DNA of 64,000 bases from an uncultured Clostridia bacterium (GCA_937877675.1 CALEIS010000135.1:173557-237556); one strand, 5' to 3'. Numbered from the stretch's first letter, positions 10,213 through 20,614 are shown. Notes: generated by a model not told the origin, from the letters alone. A program made the numbers and translations.

Positions 10213-10951
10213 TTTCTATTCTTTCTTTTGCAATGTTAAAATAGTTCTCGTCTAGTTCAATACCAATGAAATTTCTATTCAAATTCTTACAAGCAACTCC
10301 ACATGAGCCACTACCCATACAGAAGTCCAAAACAGTATCTCCCTCATTGGTAAATGTCTTAATAAGATTTTCCAACAATGCTACAGGCTTTTGAGTAGGG
10401 TGTAATGACGATGTTTGTTTTTCGCTCTTATAAGTCAATAACTGTGTAGGGTATCTATCATATGTAGGCACATACACACTATCTTTCAAAATATCACCAT
10501 ACACTTTGGTTTTAGTTGCCACATCATTTCGTTTTACATTAGCATGAGACAACTTTTCAGCCTTCCACATCTGAGGATTATATGTAGGCTGTTTTCTATA
10601 AAACACAGCAATCTCCTCAATGTTTCTCAAAGGTTGTTTCTTTGCATTCAAAAATCCTACTGATTGTGTTTTCTGCCAATAATACTTGTACTTGAAGTTC
10701 TTTATGTTGGCACTAATCACTTGACTGCTATAAGGCTCTTGACAGAATAAGATTGTAGGAACATTGACCATCGTATTGTCATTTATTAATCCCCACATCT
10801 CTTCTACATCAATTATGTTATCCCATGTTGCCTTTTTGTTCAAACATCCATAAGGAGGGTCTGCCAAAATCAAGTTAGCCCTCTCTAACAACGATGGGTT
10901 GTCTCGTAAAATTTCTAAACAATCTCCTTGGTATAATTCTATGTTAGGCAT
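10205..10951 (-). CDS. DNA methyltransferase (beta class), paralogue 2 of 3
   Basis: ADPPYG, then CMGSGSCG and NRNFIGIELDENYFNIAKER. It overlaps both neighbours by 8 nt. Confidence 0.85.
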   Translation of the reverse strand: MPNIELYQGDCLEILRDNPSLLERANLILADPPYGCLNKKATWDNIIDVEEMWGLINDNTMVNVPTILFCQEPYSSQVISANIKNFKYKYYWQKTQSVGFLNAKKQPLRNIEEIAVFYRKQPTYNPQMWKAEKLSHANVKRNDVATKTKVYGDILKDSVYVPTYDRYPTQLLTYKSEKQTSSLHPTQKPVALLENLIKTFTNEGDTVLDFCMGSGSCGVACKNLNRNFIGIELDENYFNIAKERIENV

Positions 10952-11717
10952 TTTCTATTCTTTCCTTGGCTATTTTATAGTAGTTCTCGTCAAGTTCAAT
11001 GCCAATGAAATTTCTATTCAAAATCTTACATGCAACACCTGTAGTTCCACTCCCCATAGTAAAGTCTAGGACAGTATCACCTTCGTTGGTATAAGTTTTC
11101 ACCAAGTATTCTAATAATGATAATGGCTTTTGTGTAGGGTGAACATATTTACTTTCACAATCAAAGAACAATACATTGGCAGGGTAATTCGTAAATTTCT
11201 GCACATATTCCTTTCCATCTTGCATGAGTAAGTTATCCTTATTGAGATTAGTATTGGAATAAGAAATCAATCCTTGTCGTTTAGAAGTATTCTTCTTTGT
11301 TTTGTTAATAGGCGTAAGACCTTGTGGAAAATAAGTCATGGGAAATGATTTTCCACCAGCAGAAGCATTACCATTACTGAATACAATAATGTCCTCATAC
11401 TTATTCATAGGTCTATAATTAGCATTTGCAAAACCTGTCTGATGATTTTTCACCCATTTCCAATCATATCTGTATTCTTTCAAATTACTTGTTCTAAGCA
11501 ATGAACTAAATGGCTCGTTACCAAAAAGAACAATAGGTGCTTTATCTTTACGGAGTTGTTTCAATAATTCCCACATCCTTTCAGCAGGAATTATTTTATC
11601 CCATTTACTTCTAGTGGATGAATAAGGAGGGTCAGTAATAATAGCATCAACTTTGACACCCATCTTCACCAACTCATCCATTACCTCTAAACAATCTCCT
11701 TGGTATAATTCAATCAT
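10944..11717 (-). CDS. DNA methyltransferase (beta class), paralogue 3 of 3
   Basis: TDPPYS, then TMGSGTTG and NRNFIGIELDENYYKIAKER. The start was chosen at MIELYQGDC, which forms an ATGA overlap with the upstream gene. Confidence 0.8.
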   Translation of the reverse strand: MIELYQGDCLEVMDELVKMGVKVDAIITDPPYSSTRSKWDKIIPAERMWELLKQLRKDKAPIVLFGNEPFSSLLRTSNLKEYRYDWKWVKNHQTGFANANYRPMNKYEDIIVFSNGNASAGGKSFPMTYFPQGLTPINKTKKNTSKRQGLISYSNTNLNKDNLLMQDGKEYVQKFTNYPANVLFFDCESKYVHPTQKPLSLLEYLVKTYTNEGDTVLDFTMGSGTTGVACKILNRNFIGIELDENYYKIAKERIENA

Positions 11718-12052
11718 CATCCTCCACAAGTCTTGAATAGAACGATTTGAGTATGTACATTAGTCTTGGTCTCCTCAATCGCTGTCTTTATTATTTCAAG
11801 CGCAACAGTCCTTGTAATGTAAAACTTTTCTACAAGTACATCTGCTGCTTCATCATAAAAATCTATCGTCTCAAATTGCTTCAAATCTTCATCAATCCAC
11901 ATTCTACTGCAATTCTCTCCACAGTATAGTGATAATGTATGCTTATCGAAACAACCACTTCTTATCAAATCATTGGCGTATTCTTCACCTATTTCTTGGG
12001 TTTCTTCTGCTGTCTGATTCAACAAGAAGTACAAAATGTTATCGAACTCCAT
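11717..12052 (-). CDS. hypothetical protein
   Basis: 111-aa ORF, tightly packed within the modification island. TGA stop. Confidence 0.5.
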   Translation of the reverse strand: MEFDNILYFLLNQTAEETQEIGEEYANDLIRSGCFDKHTLSLYCGENCSRMWIDEDLKQFETIDFYDEAADVLVEKFYITRTVALEIIKTAIEETKTNVHTQIVLFKTCGG

Positions 12053-12058
12053 GCTCTA

Positions 12059-12652
12059 TTATTTACTCTTTCTCCTCTTCTCCAAGTCATATAGGTAGAT
12101 TTCCTTACCTAATGTCTGCTCATAATGGGCTTCACCATTCTCAAGGGCTTCTCTCAATTTCTTGGCAAAAGGTTTCAATTCACCCTTATACTTTGCTCTG
12201 ATAGCCTTGTCATGGTGTCTCTTACCTTCATGAACAATAACCCTACCCTTGGATGTCTGACCTAAATGCTCAAAGTTGGATGCTTGGTAAATCACTCCCT
12301 TGTGACCATAAGTGTTATCAGCATAGGAGATTACCTTCTTCACATTGGTATTCTTGATTAGCCATTTGAGCGTTCTTCCTATAAAGTAACTCTCAGTATT
12401 CTTAGGCGTATCATCAATGCAACACAAGCGTCTAAGTTCAATGATGTCATCTATGGAGTCAGCATATTTCTTCCAACAGTTAGCCATACCTAATCCTCCA
12501 TAAATCATTGCTCCTACCATTGTGTCACCATCCATGAGTTTGAAGCAATAAATGGATGAGAGACCATTGATATTGTGACTGTAGTGCCACTTCTCAATGA
12601 AGTCTCTCACCTCTATTCTCTCACAAGGCTCTACTGTGTATGTAATTGCCAT
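12059..12652 (-). CDS. Mom-like DNA modification protein (putative adenine carbamoylmethylation family)
   Basis: The motifs KWHYSH ... ELRRL ... SYADNTYGHKGVIYQASNF resemble the phage Mu Mom family as I recall it. A TATAAT box lies 6 nt upstream of the ATG. Confidence 0.45.
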   Translation of the reverse strand: MAITYTVEPCERIEVRDFIEKWHYSHNINGLSSIYCFKLMDGDTMVGAMIYGGLGMANCWKKYADSIDDIIELRRLCCIDDTPKNTESYFIGRTLKWLIKNTNVKKVISYADNTYGHKGVIYQASNFEHLGQTSKGRVIVHEGKRHHDKAIRAKYKGELKPFAKKLREALENGEAHYEQTLGKEIYLYDLEKRRKSK

Positions 12653-12679
12653 GAGAGTATTATACAGTAGTTCTACTGT

Positions 12680-14044
12680 TTACATATCCCAAATGACTCT
12701 GTAATCGTTCTGTAAGTAGTTTCTTACTGCTTCTGACTTGAATGCTTTAGTTCCCTTTGAAGTTTCAAAATAAAGAAGATAGGGCTTATGATGTTCAATG
12801 AAATCTTTTATCTTTGTATATTCCTTTTCAGAAATTGTATCATTGAAAAGTCTACAGTTTTTCTTCTTTACTTGCTTTCTAAAGATGAACTTACCATTTT
12901 CTGCCTTTTCAACATAAAGCTCAATGCTCTTATACTGTTCGTTCATTTTCTTTAGATGGTACGCTTCATCCTTAACGCCCATGACTTCTGCCCAAGAATT
13001 ATCAGACTTGAAATAACAAGTAATGGAATCAACATTCTTATATTTCATAGCATTAAGAACATACGTAATAATGTCATCATATGTGAGATAATACTTCTTT
13101 TCTTCTGCATAGTAAGTCTCATAATACCTAACATCAGTAGCCAAGGTATGTTCCACAGCCTTTTTCACTTCCTCATTCTTCTCCTCAAAACAATCTTCTA
13201 TGAACTTATCTTTAGGATTTGAGAATGAATGAAGATAAGCAGTGTAATAAGTTCCATCATCATTAAGAATTGCGAAAAGATACTGTTTACTCTTTTTCTT
13301 ACAAATTCTCCATCGACCTTCGCTGTCTTTGATGTAACCCTCTTTCTTCTTCGTTTCTTCTTCGCCATTCCATGAGTATCTATTTTTCACCCAAGAGCTT
13401 CTTGAATAGACATCATGGCGACCTACGAACATCATCTTCTCTCCTTGCTTACTCTTATAGACATGCCACATCTGCAAGTTCTTAGGAGTAATGTAACCTT
13501 GAGAATTAAGAATGTTAGAATATGCAATGTTATCCTTGAAAGTCTCAGAAGAACAAGGAATCAGAACTCTGTCTTTTCCATCCCAACCATAAACAAACTC
13601 ACCCTCAATGTCACCCTTGATTATAGAACAGTTGTCAATAATCCATGCAAGATTATTTTGTGTAATCTCAAATACCCAACCTCTAGGGTCTTGAATTTCA
13701 AAAGAGACATTACGATAAGAAGCAAATCTGTTATAAGTGAAACGGTTTGCTTGCCTAAAGATTTTGAATCCCTTGGTAGGAACATTATCATGTTCCTCTG
13801 TAGGAACTTTCTCAGAAATCCAATTATTGAAAGAAGTTTCGTGACGGAATTTGCCTTTCTCATCATAATAAGAGACAAACCCAATCTTGTAAGTAGGCTC
13901 TGTTGTTTCTTCAACTTTTACATACTCACCATCAATACGAACGTATCTCTTTACATAACTATCATCCTTTACATATTTGAGGTTGAACCCACACTTGAGC
14001 TTTTTAGGGATGAAAATGTTTTCTTTGATTTCTGCGTTCTTCAT
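12680..14044 (-). CDS. hypothetical protein (454 aa)
   Basis: Long ORF with a TAA stop. No motif recognised. Confidence 0.6.
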   Translation of the reverse strand: MKNAEIKENIFIPKKLKCGFNLKYVKDDSYVKRYVRIDGEYVKVEETTEPTYKIGFVSYYDEKGKFRHETSFNNWISEKVPTEEHDNVPTKGFKIFRQANRFTYNRFASYRNVSFEIQDPRGWVFEITQNNLAWIIDNCSIIKGDIEGEFVYGWDGKDRVLIPCSSETFKDNIAYSNILNSQGYITPKNLQMWHVYKSKQGEKMMFVGRHDVYSRSSWVKNRYSWNGEEETKKKEGYIKDSEGRWRICKKKSKQYLFAILNDDGTYYTAYLHSFSNPKDKFIEDCFEEKNEEVKKAVEHTLATDVRYYETYYAEEKKYYLTYDDIITYVLNAMKYKNVDSITCYFKSDNSWAEVMGVKDEAYHLKKMNEQYKSIELYVEKAENGKFIFRKQVKKKNCRLFNDTISEKEYTKIKDFIEHHKPYLLYFETSKGTKAFKSEAVRNYLQNDYRVIWDM

Positions 14045-14047
14045 TTT

Positions 14048-14473
14048 TTAGTAAATGTCTTTATTCTTTACGAATTCAACACCTTCGAGAATCGTCTTAT
14101 GAGCATACTTCTTATTATCCGTACCTCTCACAGTATTAGTGAAACCCTCAGACCAAGCATCTTTCAAACGCTGTTCCTCAAGAGCAAAACCATCAATAAG
14201 GAAGTTACGAAGGGCAATATCAAAGAGTTTGAGTTCATAATTAACCTTTGAGAAATGGACAAACTTGACAATCATACAACCATCATACCAAGTCCATTTC
14301 CACAGTTTGAACTTGTTACAATCCTCAAGATGGAGAGTAACGGAAGTCTCATCATCAAAATAAAGTTTAGCGCAGCGATAATGATAATAATCATCATCAA
14401 ACTCCACCTTTACGAGATTGCGCTTATCAATGTAAGCCTTTACGTCATCACTGTTTGCGAATTCTGTTTTCAT
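14048..14473 (-). CDS. hypothetical protein
   Basis: 141-aa ORF, 3 nt from its neighbour. Confidence 0.55.
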   Translation of the reverse strand: MKTEFANSDDVKAYIDKRNLVKVEFDDDYYHYRCAKLYFDDETSVTLHLEDCNKFKLWKWTWYDGCMIVKFVHFSKVNYELKLFDIALRNFLIDGFALEEQRLKDAWSEGFTNTVRGTDNKKYAHKTILEGVEFVKNKDIY

Positions 14474-14482
14474 AAAAATTTA

Positions 14483-14770
14483 TTAGTTAAACCACCAATC
14501 TTCAATGTAGCCACCTTCCATGAGCCAAGTGCAACACCAATTGTCACCTTTCTTGACATCACCTTCTGCCATTGCAAAGTCCAATTCTGATTCAGCCTTT
14601 TCAATGAACCAATTAGGATTGTTTACCCTACCCTTGAAGTTCTCAATGATTTCACGAACTTCACCCTCATCATCCTCTACGAATGAGCCACAGTTAGATT
14701 CCCAATGATAAGCATAGTGTCCCCATGCTGCATTGTATGTTAGACGAAGGATTCCTGTTTGAGTATTCAT
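14483..14770 (-). CDS. hypothetical protein
   Basis: The start was moved to MNTQTGILRL, just after the TAA of the upstream gene. Confidence 0.5.
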   Translation of the reverse strand: MNTQTGILRLTYNAAWGHYAYHWESNCGSFVEDDEGEVREIIENFKGRVNNPNWFIEKAESELDFAMAEGDVKKGDNWCCTWLMEGGYIEDWWFN

Positions 14771-14777
14771 AATAGTA

Positions 14778-15191
14778 TTAGGCAAAACGAGGATAACGAG
14801 TTTCAACACCTGTAACTTCACGGAAAATACGAAGCACACAATCACCAGGGATGTTTTCAAGACTGTAAAATTCTTTCACCTTCTTTACGCCCTTATAATT
14901 GGATTCTTTTTCCAACGTCATGTCAATATAATCCCAACCATTGACGGAAAGAGTGAGAAGATTCCATTTAGAACCCACAGAACTCTTAGGGAACTTAAGC
15001 GTCATTGAGAACTTTTTAGTATCAACTTCACGGATTACACAACCTGTGCAATTTTGAAGCATTCCATAAGATTTGGAAAGAAGCTGAGCGAGTGATTCCT
15101 TAACGAAGTCTTTGTCGTACATGTTCGTGTTGTTTGTTGTTCTGAGAGGATTATACATGATTTCACGAATAATGTCAAGTTCTTTTTGCAA
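14778..15191 (-). CDS. hypothetical protein
   Basis: 137-aa ORF with a TAA stop. Confidence 0.55.
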   Translation of the reverse strand: MQKELDIIREIMYNPLRTTNNTNMYDKDFVKESLAQLLSKSYGMLQNCTGCVIREVDTKKFSMTLKFPKSSVGSKWNLLTLSVNGWDYIDMTLEKESNYKGVKKVKEFYSLENIPGDCVLRIFREVTGVETRYPRFA

Positions 15192-15218
15192 AAATTTTGA
15201 TAAATAATTGAAGAAATT

Positions 15219-16724
15219 ATGAAAATTGTTAGTCCTACAAAAGCTACATAGATTTTACAACAACTCATTGATACAGGTAAAAGTGGAGAAGTGACTATTG
15301 GTCTTAAACCTGATTATAGAGTAGATGCAACAGGTCTTGCTTCTCTTATTTCACTTTTAGGGTTGACAGATAAAACAGACCTTGAAGGTGGTGGTTATCA
15401 TGTTGCTAATCCTTTGATTTATGTAAACATTAGAAAAGTTGATTGGGATGGTGAAGTTGTAAATTGGGATTTCCCTGATATGGGACAAGTCACAGCAACA
15501 GAAGATTTTCGTAATTAGTCAAGTTTAGCAATGACAGTGAATGTAGAAGCAGGTACTACTGTTAATTTGAGAACTAATTTCATAACACCTGATAATGAAA
15601 TCATTTACGTTTCTTGGGGTGATGACGATAGTATTTCAACGTATAATACAGGAACAGAAGAAAACGTAACAGAACTTACTCATGTTTATAATACAGCAGG
15701 AACTTATACAATTTTCGTAAAAGGAAAACTTGTAAAAACAACAGTACCAGGCCCTAGCAAAACAACAGATACTGTAACAACCGCTCTTCATTTTATCAAA
15801 CCTACGGTAATTGTAGATGGTTCTATGGGTATTTTAGGTGTATATGAAAAACTTACTGATGTTATTGGAACTATTATTTTAGAGGGTACAGGAACAGTGA
15901 TTAGTAATTTGTTTGTTCTCAATAAAAATATCACTAATGTAAAAGGACTCAAATTAGTATTCCCAGATACATGTATTGACGGTTTAAATATAACTTCAAT
16001 CAATGCAATGTTTGGTATGGGTTGTCAAGAAAATCCCGAACTAAAAGCCAATTTGATAGATGATGTACAACTTATCAATTATAATAGACATTCTATAACA
16101 AAAATTAATACGGCATTCTTTACTTCTGCTATTACAGAATTTCCTTATAGATGGTTTGGAAAAAATGTACAAACTGCTTCACAAGCTTTCAAAAATTGTG
16201 GAAATCTCCAATTTGTACCATCAGGGTTCTTTGAAAAAATAACTTAGGGATATGAAATGTTTTATTGTAATCCTGATGTTGCATCCCCTCTTACAATTTC
16301 ACATAATTTGAAATTCCCAAATTTGACAAATGGAGCAGGTATGTTTGGCAATAGAACATTGTCATTCAATGACATCAAAACGATTTTTGAATCTCTCCCT
16401 AAAAATCCCAATCCTTTGAAAGGTAGAACAGGTAATACTAGGGTCGATGACGTTTCTCCATCCAGTTATTCGATTACTTTTAGTTTTGACCCTGATGAGC
16501 CAAATATCAAACAGAAACTTGTGAAGTATTTCAATCTCAATACAAAGGCTATGGAAAATTGGCATAAAGACAATGATGTGTATTATGGGCAGGAAATAGA
16601 CATGAAAAAACTTTGGGATGGTGGTTGGTATCCTATGTATTTCACTCACTATGGTGATTCATGGGATTATAATAATTATAAAGGTTGGTTCGTGAATTTC
16701 AGAAATCCATATAATTTCACATAA
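15219..16724 (+). CDS. DUF285/BspA-repeat virion protein read through three TAG codons
   Basis: ATG at 15219. In-frame TAGs at 15249, 15516 and 16245. Track ORFs 15291.., 15531.. and 16257.. all share this frame. The repeat motif continues across the last TAG (..GFFEKIT*GYEMFYCNP..). TAA stop. It could alternatively be two genes split at 15531. Confidence 0.55.
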
Positions 16725-16746
16725 ACAAAATAAATAATTACATAAT

Positions 16747-17430
16747 ATGGCTTATACTATAAAACTTAAAGACCGTGGAAATTCTGTTATCAGATGTATT
16801 GACCTCTTCGATGAGTGTCAATACGGAGCAGATAAATTATTCTTCCGTGGCAATTTTGAAACACCACAAGACGTTGCAAAACAGGTAATTGTTGCATTAG
16901 GTGGTGAAGGACTTGATAGGGATAAACTTCAAGAAATCTATGGTGTTGAAATTACTGATGAGTTCATTGCTACCAAACTTGGTATTGGTAATCCTCTCAC
17001 ACCTGAAGATGAAAATGGTATTCAAACCATTCCTACCATCGCTCTCAATCGTTTCAACATTCCTAATAAGAAGTTTTGGAATGATACTCCTCCTAGTGAT
17101 ATTGCTAATCCTTATAAGGCTTCTGCTGCTGTTACTTTCTCATTGAGATTGTATTTCAGAGATGATTATGCTTATATCACATTTGGTTGCCCTTGGAGTG
17201 AGATTATGGACGAATCAAAGTATGAAGATATTACAGTCGAAGAAGGAACTGACCTTATTCGTCATTTCAAACTTCTTCAATGTCATTTTATTTCTAAGGA
17301 AGATGCCATTATAGTTCTCAAAGAATTAGGCTTGAATGTTCCAATGTGGGATAAGAATATCCAAACTCCTGAAGCAACACAACACTTGTTAGAATTAGTT
17401 GACGAAGATGGTTCTGTTATCTCTCTCTAA
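16747..17430 (+). CDS. hypothetical protein
   Basis: 227-aa ORF with a TAA stop. Confidence 0.6.
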   Translation: MAYTIKLKDRGNSVIRCIDLFDECQYGADKLFFRGNFETPQDVAKQVIVALGGEGLDRDKLQEIYGVEITDEFIATKLGIGNPLTPEDENGIQTIPTIALNRFNIPNKKFWNDTPPSDIANPYKASAAVTFSLRLYFRDDYAYITFGCPWSEIMDESKYEDITVEEGTDLIRHFKLLQCHFISKEDAIIVLKELGLNVPMWDKNIQTPEATQHLLELVDEDGSVISL

Positions 17431-17456
17431 TTTTTGTGAGATAAATAAATTTAGCT

Positions 17457-17726
17457 ATGGCAAAGAAAACTAAAACAACTGAAGTAGAAGAGACAAAAGA
17501 ACAATTGCCTTCTTCTAATCCTACTGTAAACGAAGTGACAGATAAGTTGGAAGACGCTGCCACTGCTGTTATCGAAAAAGCTAAGGACGATAAGCACCCT
17601 TGGTATACAAAGGTTGGACTCTACATCGCTGCTACTATTCTTGGCGGTCTTGCATTCCTCTTTGCAAACTTCGGTGATACCATCCTTGTCATTATTGAGA
17701 AGTGGCTTAACGGTCTTGCTCAGTAA
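17457..17726 (+). CDS. small membrane protein
   Basis: 89 aa with one clear hydrophobic helix (VGLYIAATILGGLAFLFANF). A terminator follows. Confidence 0.55.
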   Translation: MAKKTKTTEVEETKEQLPSSNPTVNEVTDKLEDAATAVIEKAKDDKHPWYTKVGLYIAATILGGLAFLFANFGDTILVIIEKWLNGLAQ

Positions 17727-17757
17727 TTTTTATCAACATCTATAAACTAATTTTTAA

Positions 17758-17790
17758 GGAGACAACTTATTCAGTTGTCTCCCTTTTTAT
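17758..17790 (+). terminator. rho-independent terminator
   Basis: ggagacaac-ttattca-gttgtctcc followed by a T-run. Confidence 0.7.
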
Positions 17791-17956
17791 TCTCATAGTA
17801 AATGTGTTCTTTCTCAACTCTCACAACTTCTTTCTTTTCATCGTCCCATTCAAATTCGCTGTGAGTGATGATTACAGGTTTGTCCAATGGAAAATCAGCA
17901 ATCTCAAAAAGAAAATCAGGTTCTTTCATGAGATTATTTATTCTAATGCAGGACAA
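17771..17956 (-). CDS. hypothetical small protein
   Basis: 61-aa ORF with a TGA stop. Confidence 0.4.
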   Translation of the reverse strand: MSCIRINNLMKEPDFLFEIADFPLDKPVIITHSEFEWDDEKKEVVRVEKEHIYYENKKGDN

Positions 17957-18459
17957 CTCAAGAATCCATACGAAATCTCTTCTTCTTTCTTCTCACCTTC
18001 TATCATCTCCATCTCATCCTCAAGTTCAAATTCAGAACTCAAACATACCCATCTCGCATTCTCCTCACTCCTCACATGCTTACTGTTTCCTACAATAATA
18101 GGATTGTCATAACAATAGACATAATGATTCATTACTACCTCTACCTTACATACATTGTCCCAATTCACAAATACATTGCCACTTATACTGAAAATGTTTT
18201 TGTAATTCTCCCTCATCTCTGCCACTACTTCTGACATAAAAATTTGAACAACTTCTTTCTCCGTCTTAAACTTGCTCAAATACTTTACTTCAGGGATAAT
18301 GCTATAATCAACCATTGTCATAAATCGTGTAGGAATATAGGACAACGATTTGCTGCCAAAATAATCTAACTCAATTCTCTCACCATTATTAAGATGAAGA
18401 ACTATCATAGGAAAAGCCTCATACAACTTTCCCTCTTTACTCATAAAAGGAAATTCCAT
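17938..18459 (-). CDS. hypothetical protein
   Basis: 173-aa ORF. Confidence 0.55.
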   Translation of the reverse strand: MEFPFMSKEGKLYEAFPMIVLHLNNGERIELDYFGSKSLSYIPTRFMTMVDYSIIPEVKYLSKFKTEKEVVQIFMSEVVAEMRENYKNIFSISGNVFVNWDNVCKVEVVMNHYVYCYDNPIIVGNSKHVRSEENARWVCLSSEFELEDEMEMIEGEKKEEEISYGFLSCPALE

Positions 18460-18461
18460 AA

Positions 18462-18665
18462 TTAATCTCTACCGTTATATCTTTTCTTGTTACGCTGTTT
18501 CTGAATCTTTTTCAATTCATTCTTCCAACTATGCACCATCATTCGTCTCTCATTGATAGCCTTGAGTTCCTTGTCATAGGCTTCATTCAGATTGATAGTA
18601 GGTTTCAGTTTGTCCAATGCTGCAAAAGGATTAGTGGTCATGCACTTATTATAGCACATGACCAC
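18462..18665 (-). CDS. hypothetical small basic protein
   Basis: 67-aa ORF with a GTG start. Confidence 0.45.
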   Translation of the reverse strand: MVMCYNKCMTTNPFAALDKLKPTINLNEAYDKELKAINERRMMVHSWKNELKKIQKQRNKKRYNGRD

Positions 18666-18695
18666 ATACGATGCAACACTTATTTGTAAAAAAAA

Positions 18696-18965
18696 TTAGT
18701 AATTACCTCTGCGACAACGAACATCGTTGCGAACTTTACCCAAGGTGTCTACGAACTGATTTCTTGCGTAATCTACACCCATTCTTGAAGCCATAGGCAT
18801 TACATAGTTGTGCTGTACATAAGGGTCATCCCATACACTCTTCATTAACTTCTCTTCAGAAGCTTCTACTAACTGAGGGTTCTTATTGAGATGAGAGTAG
18901 AAATGTAAATTCATACCCTTTTGTAATCCTTGTAATGATTTTTCACTTGAACTTTTTCTAAACAT
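18696..18965 (-). CDS. hypothetical protein
   Basis: 89-aa ORF with a TAA stop. Confidence 0.5.
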   Translation of the reverse strand: MFRKSSSEKSLQGLQKGMNLHFYSHLNKNPQLVEASEEKLMKSVWDDPYVQHNYVMPMASRMGVDYARNQFVDTLGKVRNDVRCRRGNY

Positions 18966-19001
18966 ATATCTTATTTACCAATTCATACCATGAATGGTAT
19001 T

Positions 19002-19307
19002 TCATTTACTAATGTCTGTGAGTCTAAAATTAGTAAAGTAATAAAACGTCCCATCCTTCTCAAATGAAATGCGTCCGTCTTTCAATTCAAACTCTCCCTC
19101 ATTCAAGTAGATGCTATTCAAACCATTGACATCTAAACGATAGTTATACGATGCCTCATTGCTAATCTTTTCATAACATAAATGAATGGCAAATGAGAAA
19201 AGAAAAAGAAAAGCAAATACAATTATACATACCATGATAGTGGAAAAGTTTCTATCATACCAACTTTCAAATTTTGATTCTCTAAATTTAAGTGTACGCC
19301 AAGCCAT
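19002..19307 (-). CDS. membrane protein
   Basis: 101 aa with an N-terminal TM helix (IMVCIIVFAFLFLFSFAIHL). Confidence 0.5.
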   Translation of the reverse strand: MAWRTLKFRESKFESWYDRNFSTIMVCIIVFAFLFLFSFAIHLCYEKISNEASYNYRLDVNGLNSIYLNEGEFELKDGRISFEKDGTFYYFTNFRLTDISK

Positions 19308-19705
19308 TACTTTATGTGTCTGTTATCTTCAAGTGTATAATTAGTGAGGACATAAGTAGTTTCACCTCGTTTGATAATCAATGTAGAGCCATCCCTTGTG
19401 ATGTCCTCTTCATTACATCTCAAATGATATTTCTGCCCCCAATGAATTTCGTAATCATAGGTTCTGTCTTCTTCTGCTTCAACATATATACCAAACATGG
19501 CAATTGAAATACCAAGGATAGTGAAACCTACTACAAATAAAAACCATTCATGATTCCAATACCACCATGAACGAATGTCTTCACATCTATCATGAAACCA
19601 TTCCTTTACCTTTTCTTTGTCAATCTTCATAAAAAGAACATCAATGCTATAAATCCAATACCTAACAATACACTGAAAGTAATCATCAAAGTGAGACCAA
19701 TCCAA
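19307..19705 (-). CDS. membrane protein
   Basis: 132 aa with a central TM helix. It resembles the preceding gene in layout. Confidence 0.5.
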   Translation of the reverse strand: MDWSHFDDYFQCIVRYWIYSIDVLFMKIDKEKVKEWFHDRCEDIRSWWYWNHEWFLFVVGFTILGISIAMFGIYVEAEEDRTYDYEIHWGQKYHLRCNEEDITRDGSTLIIKRGETTYVLTNYTLEDNRHIK

Positions 19706-19802
19706 CCAATAAGGTCAGAACTTTTCTTCATCTTCTCAAAATCTTCACTTGCTGCCATCTTCTCGATGAACAACAGTTTCTCTAATTCTTCTTTTCTCAT
19801 AA

Positions 19803-20387
19803 TCAATTACAAATCAAAGAACTAATAAGAATTGCCAAGGAACATGACATTACACATGCAAAGCCAATGTACCAATAGATTTTCTCAAACTTGGTATTGT
19901 TCTCATAGATAACTCTCTTCAATTCACCTCTGCTGATAACTTCCATGTCAGATTCCAAATCCTTATGAACCATTGCATCAGCATGGATTTCAACAGTAAC
20001 TTTATCTGCATTACATTCAGCAGCAGTTTTAGTATAGCAACTACTAGCAGTCTTATTGTAACAACTATCATCAAGCGGTGCTGTTTTCTTACCATTGATA
20101 GTGACATTGCCATCCTTATCAATGACAATCTTTTTACCATTCTTCTTGATAAGAGTTTTGCCATTCACCGTAACAACAGAATTGCCATAAACGATGTCAC
20201 CTACTACATGATTGCCTTGAATAATAGGTTCATCAATGTTACCAATGTTATTAAAAACTGTATTACCTCCCATATCTGCCATCTTCTCCCCAAGTTTAGA
20301 CATCTTTTCACCAAACTTGGTCATTCTCTTTGAGAAGTCTTCTGCCCATGAGAAATCAAAATCATCATCTTCGATTGTATTTTTCAT
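19803..20387 (-). CDS. hypothetical protein with C-terminal TM anchor
   Basis: 194 aa. A consensus promoter sits immediately upstream, with TATAAT 6 nt from the ATG. Confidence 0.6.
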   Translation of the reverse strand: MKNTIEDDDFDFSWAEDFSKRMTKFGEKMSKLGEKMADMGGNTVFNNIGNIDEPIIQGNHVVGDIVYGNSVVTVNGKTLIKKNGKKIVIDKDGNVTINGKKTAPLDDSCYNKTASSCYTKTAAECNADKVTVEIHADAMVHKDLESDMEVISRGELKRVIYENNTKFEKIYWYIGFACVMSCSLAILISSLICN

Positions 20388-20393
20388 GCGATT

Positions 20394-20422
20394 ATTATAC
20401 CTCAGTTCTAATCATTTGTCAA
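20394..20422 (-). promoter_or_regulatory. TTGACA-N17-TATAAT promoter cassette
   Basis: Plus strand shows attata (20394-99) and tgtcaa (20417-22). Leaderless spacing to ATG 20387. Confidence 0.7.
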
Positions 20423-20458
20423 GTGAAATTTATAAAACAAAAAACCACCAAGAAATCA

Positions 20459-20614
20459 TTATACTTCAAGGTGGGGTGTTATTTCAAAATCGTCTTGGCT
20501 AACCAATTCCCAAGTCGGAGGTAAAGAGTTCTGTATTTCAAACTCTGGAGTAGGAGGTAAGGAATTACCGAGTGCTACCGTTGCCGTAATTAGTGTAATT
20601 AGTATCGTTTTCAT
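20459..20614 (-). CDS. small secreted peptide with internal NSLPPT repeat
   Basis: MKTILITLITATVALG signal-like N-terminus, then two copies of NSLPPT.E. Confidence 0.35.
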   Translation of the reverse strand: MKTILITLITATVALGNSLPPTPEFEIQNSLPPTWELVSQDDFEITPHLEV

